A program made the position numbers and the translations under genes. A model generated the notes under the pieces. It was given only the letters and a program-made list of their open reading frames with translations. It ran no database searches and was not told the DNA's origin. From NCBI GenBank assembly GCA_002269645.1, contig NIVC01002655.1:1-64000 (forward strand): DNA of 64,000 bases. Direction: 5' to 3'. Below are positions 59,761 through 64,000 of the stretch, piece after piece; within the stretch, counting starts at the first letter, position 1, and every line of letters begins with the position of its first letter. Source of the DNA: Macrostomum lignano (taxonomy: Eukaryota).

Positions 59761-62498
59761 GAAAAGATAGAAGTTTCAAAGGATGCAAGGGACATAGGGA
59801 GAGGCAAAGGTAGAGGCCAGAATTTTCCTGACATTCTGTGTAGCACCCCAGCCAACAATGTCAATGTTTGTCTCAAATCCTAATTTTACATGAATGTACT
59901 CTATTTTATGTTTAACTCTATCCCAACTTATAAAAGTTTTTGTTTGAGTTTAATCTCAATATATGCAAAAATAGTTCCGGGGATTAGAATTCCCCAGGTT
60001 TAAAATCTGCAGGCTATAACAGCTTGTATACTAGAAAATTCTTAGGTCTATATTGATATGAAAAAATGGTTGGCTTAAAGTATCTAGCATATGAAACAAT
60101 CTATTGTTGCAATGCAGGAAATGTCCTTTATTGTTGCAATGTCTTTTTGATAATGTCCATTGTCTAGTTCCCCAATGAGCGGAGCGAATGCACGAGGCAC
60201 AAAGTGCCGAGCATGAGGAACAAACAGCCAGCCAATGCGTGAAGCGCATTGGGTGGTCTGGCTTGTGACGAATATAATAATATGAGACGTGTGCATCAAA
60301 AAATTGACAAAAAAATCTCACAAAAACTGCTGTAACTTCAAAACTACAAGAGCGAATTTCACAAGTGAGGTGTCATTTTAAAGAGAAGAATCTGATCTAT
60401 TTAACGAGTATAGTTTTGTATGAATTCACTGCGGAAAAAAGGAACAGGCTTTAGTTGAAATGTTTGTCTTAAGATTATGTCTTTACAAAAGTGCATTTCC
60501 TCATGCACATTAAAGCTCGAGCTAAAAATGTTTGAGGGTTATAGGTGCGCCTTACTAAGATACATAACATTATTGGGTTGTTTTTTTCAATTGTAACAAA
60601 AAGTTGGCACTTTAGTTGCAAAAAATGCAAAAATTGGGAATGTACTTTTACAGTTTTTTGCATTTTTTCTATACTGCTTATAGTTAAGCATACATACTAT
60701 GCACCAATCGATGCGCAATTCAAAGATACACAAGTGTGGAAATTTTCAATTCTTAAACATTTGAAATTAGGAAGTTTTCGACGAAAGACTAAAAATCATG
60801 ATCTCAAACTGCTTTGAGGAAAAGTGCTCATTATAATTTTTGGAATATGGAAGAAACAATTCAATGCCGTCATTTAATTCCAAACTAACTGTACTATAAG
60901 GTACTGCAATGATTTTTTTATTGAAAAAGCGAAACCTGTTTAAATATTTGAAAAAAATGGAAAAAAGTGACCTTTTTCATAGAAATACACTCTTTTGACT
61001 GCTTAATCCGATTTCCAACAACAAAATAGTTACTTTCCTGCTGGTGCAAACCGTTATAAGGGTGAATTTTCAAAATTGCATACTGTGCCAAAAATAAATT
61101 GAAGCTTAATATTTATAAACATTAGAAACGGGACCACTAATGGGTATTTTACTTTGGTTACTTACTATGGACTAAACTGGCACTGGCAGAGACAGATTTG
61201 AAAGAAACTAATCGCTCCATTGTATTTGGCTCCAGCGTTACAAATTACAATAGCTATTTCGGGGTCTAACCGGCTAAGTTATCAAAAAAGCTAGATACCA
61301 ATCACCAGTTTCACCATCAGCTATACCTACCACGATTTTAGTCACATGCAATGCAACAGTAATACCCTCCTTTAAAAGTTTTCAATATCTAAAATGATGT
61401 GTTAAATTTCTTAAACAATTTCTTAAAATTCATAAACAGTGAAATTTTAGCTGGTTACGTGCTGGTGTTTTGAAAGAAGCTACTTTTGTGCGAAAATACA
61501 GTCATTAATACCGTACCTATTATTGCATTTATTGTATATGACCTATGAAAGTTGAAGCGTAAATTGTACTTTTCTAATTTTATTTTGTCATTCATTTGCG
61601 CACTCGGGCTGGCCTGCCTGCCTTGTGGGGTGTGGTGGCCTTGGCCACTTTCTCTCCCTCTGTTAGGATCCAAACATACTTGAAAGCTTGCCTCAAGTGT
61701 ACATTTAATATTATCAATCGATTATTTAAAACAAGCCTCTAGTGGTTGGTGTTGAGAGTGAGTGGCCTTGAGTGTACGCGAAAGCGAGAGGAAGCCCATG
61801 GGCAGACTATATGAACCTTTTTTATGGAAAGTTGGGCCTTGTGCATTGCATAGTGTACGCTACACAAGACAGAAGGTAAAAGAAAAAGAGAACGACAGGC
61901 TAGCCAATAGCAATAGCATGTGCTTCTCTCCAGTCCACTATGGTAGGGGGGAGGGGGGTGTCAGATGGCCCAACTCTAACCCCCATACCCAAAACAGCGT
62001 ACATGTAGAATAAGAAGGGATTGGGTCCAGATAAGTCTTTCCAATGTACATGTATATACAAGGACAAACACTGACAAGAAAAATGGCTTTAAACCATTGT
62101 TATTGTTACACTGTGTGTGTCTATTTTTATTAACTTGACTTTGTCTTTGACTTGTCTTTACTCTTTAGCAAATTAGCATGGTCAAGGATAATTACTGTTA
62201 CTTCATACCAAATGTACAATTAATTGCATAAGATTAAGAAGGAATAATACAATCAAAGTCGAACCCATGATCACTTGACCCACCCGGCACCCACCCATCA
62301 CTTCTGATTCTGGCTGGCCTAGCTACATGTATCTGCTATATATCCTGCCAGTTTCTCCAGTTTTATGGGTCTTGGGGACTCTTGGTGATTCGAGCAATTC
62401 CATTACATTTTATCGATACTTTGCACAACTGCAGTGCATCTATTAATGCTTAGCTACTTGTATTTATGTTGTAGAACTTATGCCCGTAGTTTCCCTTC

Positions 62499-63202
62499 TA
62501 GGGATGTCGACCCCGGGGCTGGGAGTGCTCCCGGGGAGCTTTTTGGGGAATACTCCCCGGGGAATTGGACCGGGGACCATGGGGAGAAAAAAATATTTAA
62601 AAATGCATTTGTAACTTAATTTTTGCCATTAAAATAAGAAAATGAATCACAGAAAGCTGATTGAAACTTTGTCTATATGCTCTTTTACCGCATAACTGCT
62701 TATTTCAATGTATTACATGTATTTCAAACAACACACGTTTGATTGTTTTTTCACTATTAGTCATTCAATCAAGCAAATTGCATGTAGAAAGAAACCCGTC
62801 AGGAAAAAGAAGCCTTACTACTGTGTTGGTCTGCGTTGACGGCTTGACGCATAGCCGCATAGGGGGGGTGTCATACATATACTCCCTATTAGACAAGGAC
62901 AAAATGGTGATTTACATATATCTGCAAGAAATAAAAATTCCAATTATAAAAACAGTCTCATTCATTAATTATCCTCTTACAAGCGTAGCTGTTGAGCATG
63001 CATTCCGACAAATGCACCTTTCCGACACGATTTTGTGATGCCACATTGTCAAATACAGTTTTAAAAAACATTGTTTAAAGTTTTTACCCTTGAACGCCTT
63101 GAATATGCCACTTACAATCCAAGTTATCCGCCATTTTTACTTATTTTTTTCTTTTCACCAGGGTTCCCGATAAGATAATTTCCTGGGAAATCGACATCCC
63201 CA
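62499..63202. mobile_element. Non-autonomous hAT element (704 bp)
   Basis: TIRs TAGGGATGTCGA / TCGACATCCCCA, perfect 8-bp TSD TTCCCTTC (62491-62498 and 63203-63210), CCCGGGGA subterminal repeats. Confidence 0.9.
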
Positions 63203-64000
63203 TTCCCTTCCCATAAATCATTTGACGTTAGAGGCATTTTACAACTCTCGCCTTACTTTATCTATTAGGTTAACTTTTATGTATGACACGACACAAAATA
63301 TTAGGAGCATCAGCGTTAATAATGCCTTGGAAGTCCTTAAATATTCGATACAACACTAGGCATTATAAAATTCCAACCCCAAAGCTCACTGGGGCGAAAA
63401 GACTTTGTCTTCATTAACTAGTATATATTAATATAACAAATAAATTTGTTTTTTTATAGTATAAACTTATAGTTTTATATAAATTTATAGTGTAAGGGGT
63501 CATTTTTTCTGGCATACTGTGTAATAGATTTGAGAGTATGGGAACTAGCCTGCAAGCCAAAGTTTGCTAACCCCTGGCCTAGGCCATAGTTAATATTATG
63601 TCCACTGTATGCTAGAACATTTTTTGGACAAAATGTGTATTGTGCACTAGAAAAAAGTTTTATCATAATGCCAAAATTTAGTCAATTTTGTTAAGAACTA
63701 TGTAGGACCTAAGCCAAAATTTGTTTAAATATTATTTTTGTAATATAGCTAAATTTTTCTAACAATATTAAAAAATTATATGAAAAAAAAATGTAAAGAA
63801 TAAAATATTTCAAAATTAAAAAATGTTATGTTTTATTTAGATTATTTTTAAAATATTTAAAGTGTAGTTTCAAATATAGTTAGATAGATTTCTAAAAAAA
63901 TAATATTTTATCTTTTTATATAAATTGATATGCTATATTTTAAACATTGCATAGCCTGCATTATGCCATGTTGCTACATTGCACCTATGTTATCTATTAG

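Noticed and set aside
58180-59876. Leu/Ser/Phe-rich ORFs of 109-520 aa resembling membrane proteins
   Set aside because: They are the reverse translation of a GA-rich low-complexity tract.
60160-61100. Helitron-like element (GGCAC-AAA-GTGCC hairpin near CTAG, GAGCGGAGCGAA motif)
   Set aside because: Probably TE-derived, but the hairpin-CTAG spacing and the A|T target do not fit and no boundaries can be supported.

Overview
Eukaryotic (metazoan) genomic DNA: GC-rich exons, AT-rich spacers and GT-AG introns. The style suggests a free-living flatworm such as Macrostomum, but that is inference and was not checked. Seven complete multi-exon genes could be reconstructed by hand with consistent splice phases: (1) a DnaJ(HPD)-coiled coil-TPR-UBA-like-RRM protein, TTC31-like, 2224-11601 +; (2) myeloid leukemia factor, 14241-16897 +; (3) a TRPM-like channel, 22068-25944 +; (4) an unrecognised 253-aa protein, 26955-29147 -; (5) a secreted protein with two AbfB/CBM42-like beta-trefoils fused to an alpha-carbonic anhydrase, 32525-38388 +; (6) MAK16, 45201-46911 +; (7) a TCF/LEF HMG factor with no visible beta-catenin-binding domain, 50063-52442 -. 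There are also two partial gene candidates. Mobile DNA comprises a near-intact hAT-type transposon with an apparent 3-bp TSD, two non-autonomous hAT elements with 8-bp TSDs, a Tc1/IS630-type element nested in a Harbinger-like MITE, a Harbinger transposase relic and a CORE-type SINE. Most larger introns carry their own private minisatellite. There is no CRISPR array, rRNA or supportable tRNA. Highlights are the AbfBx2-carbonic anhydrase fusion, the J-TPR-UBA-RRM architecture, the 3-bp-TSD hAT element, and a 98-bp inverted intronic repeat around MLF exon 3 that is built from TCF-site-containing units.
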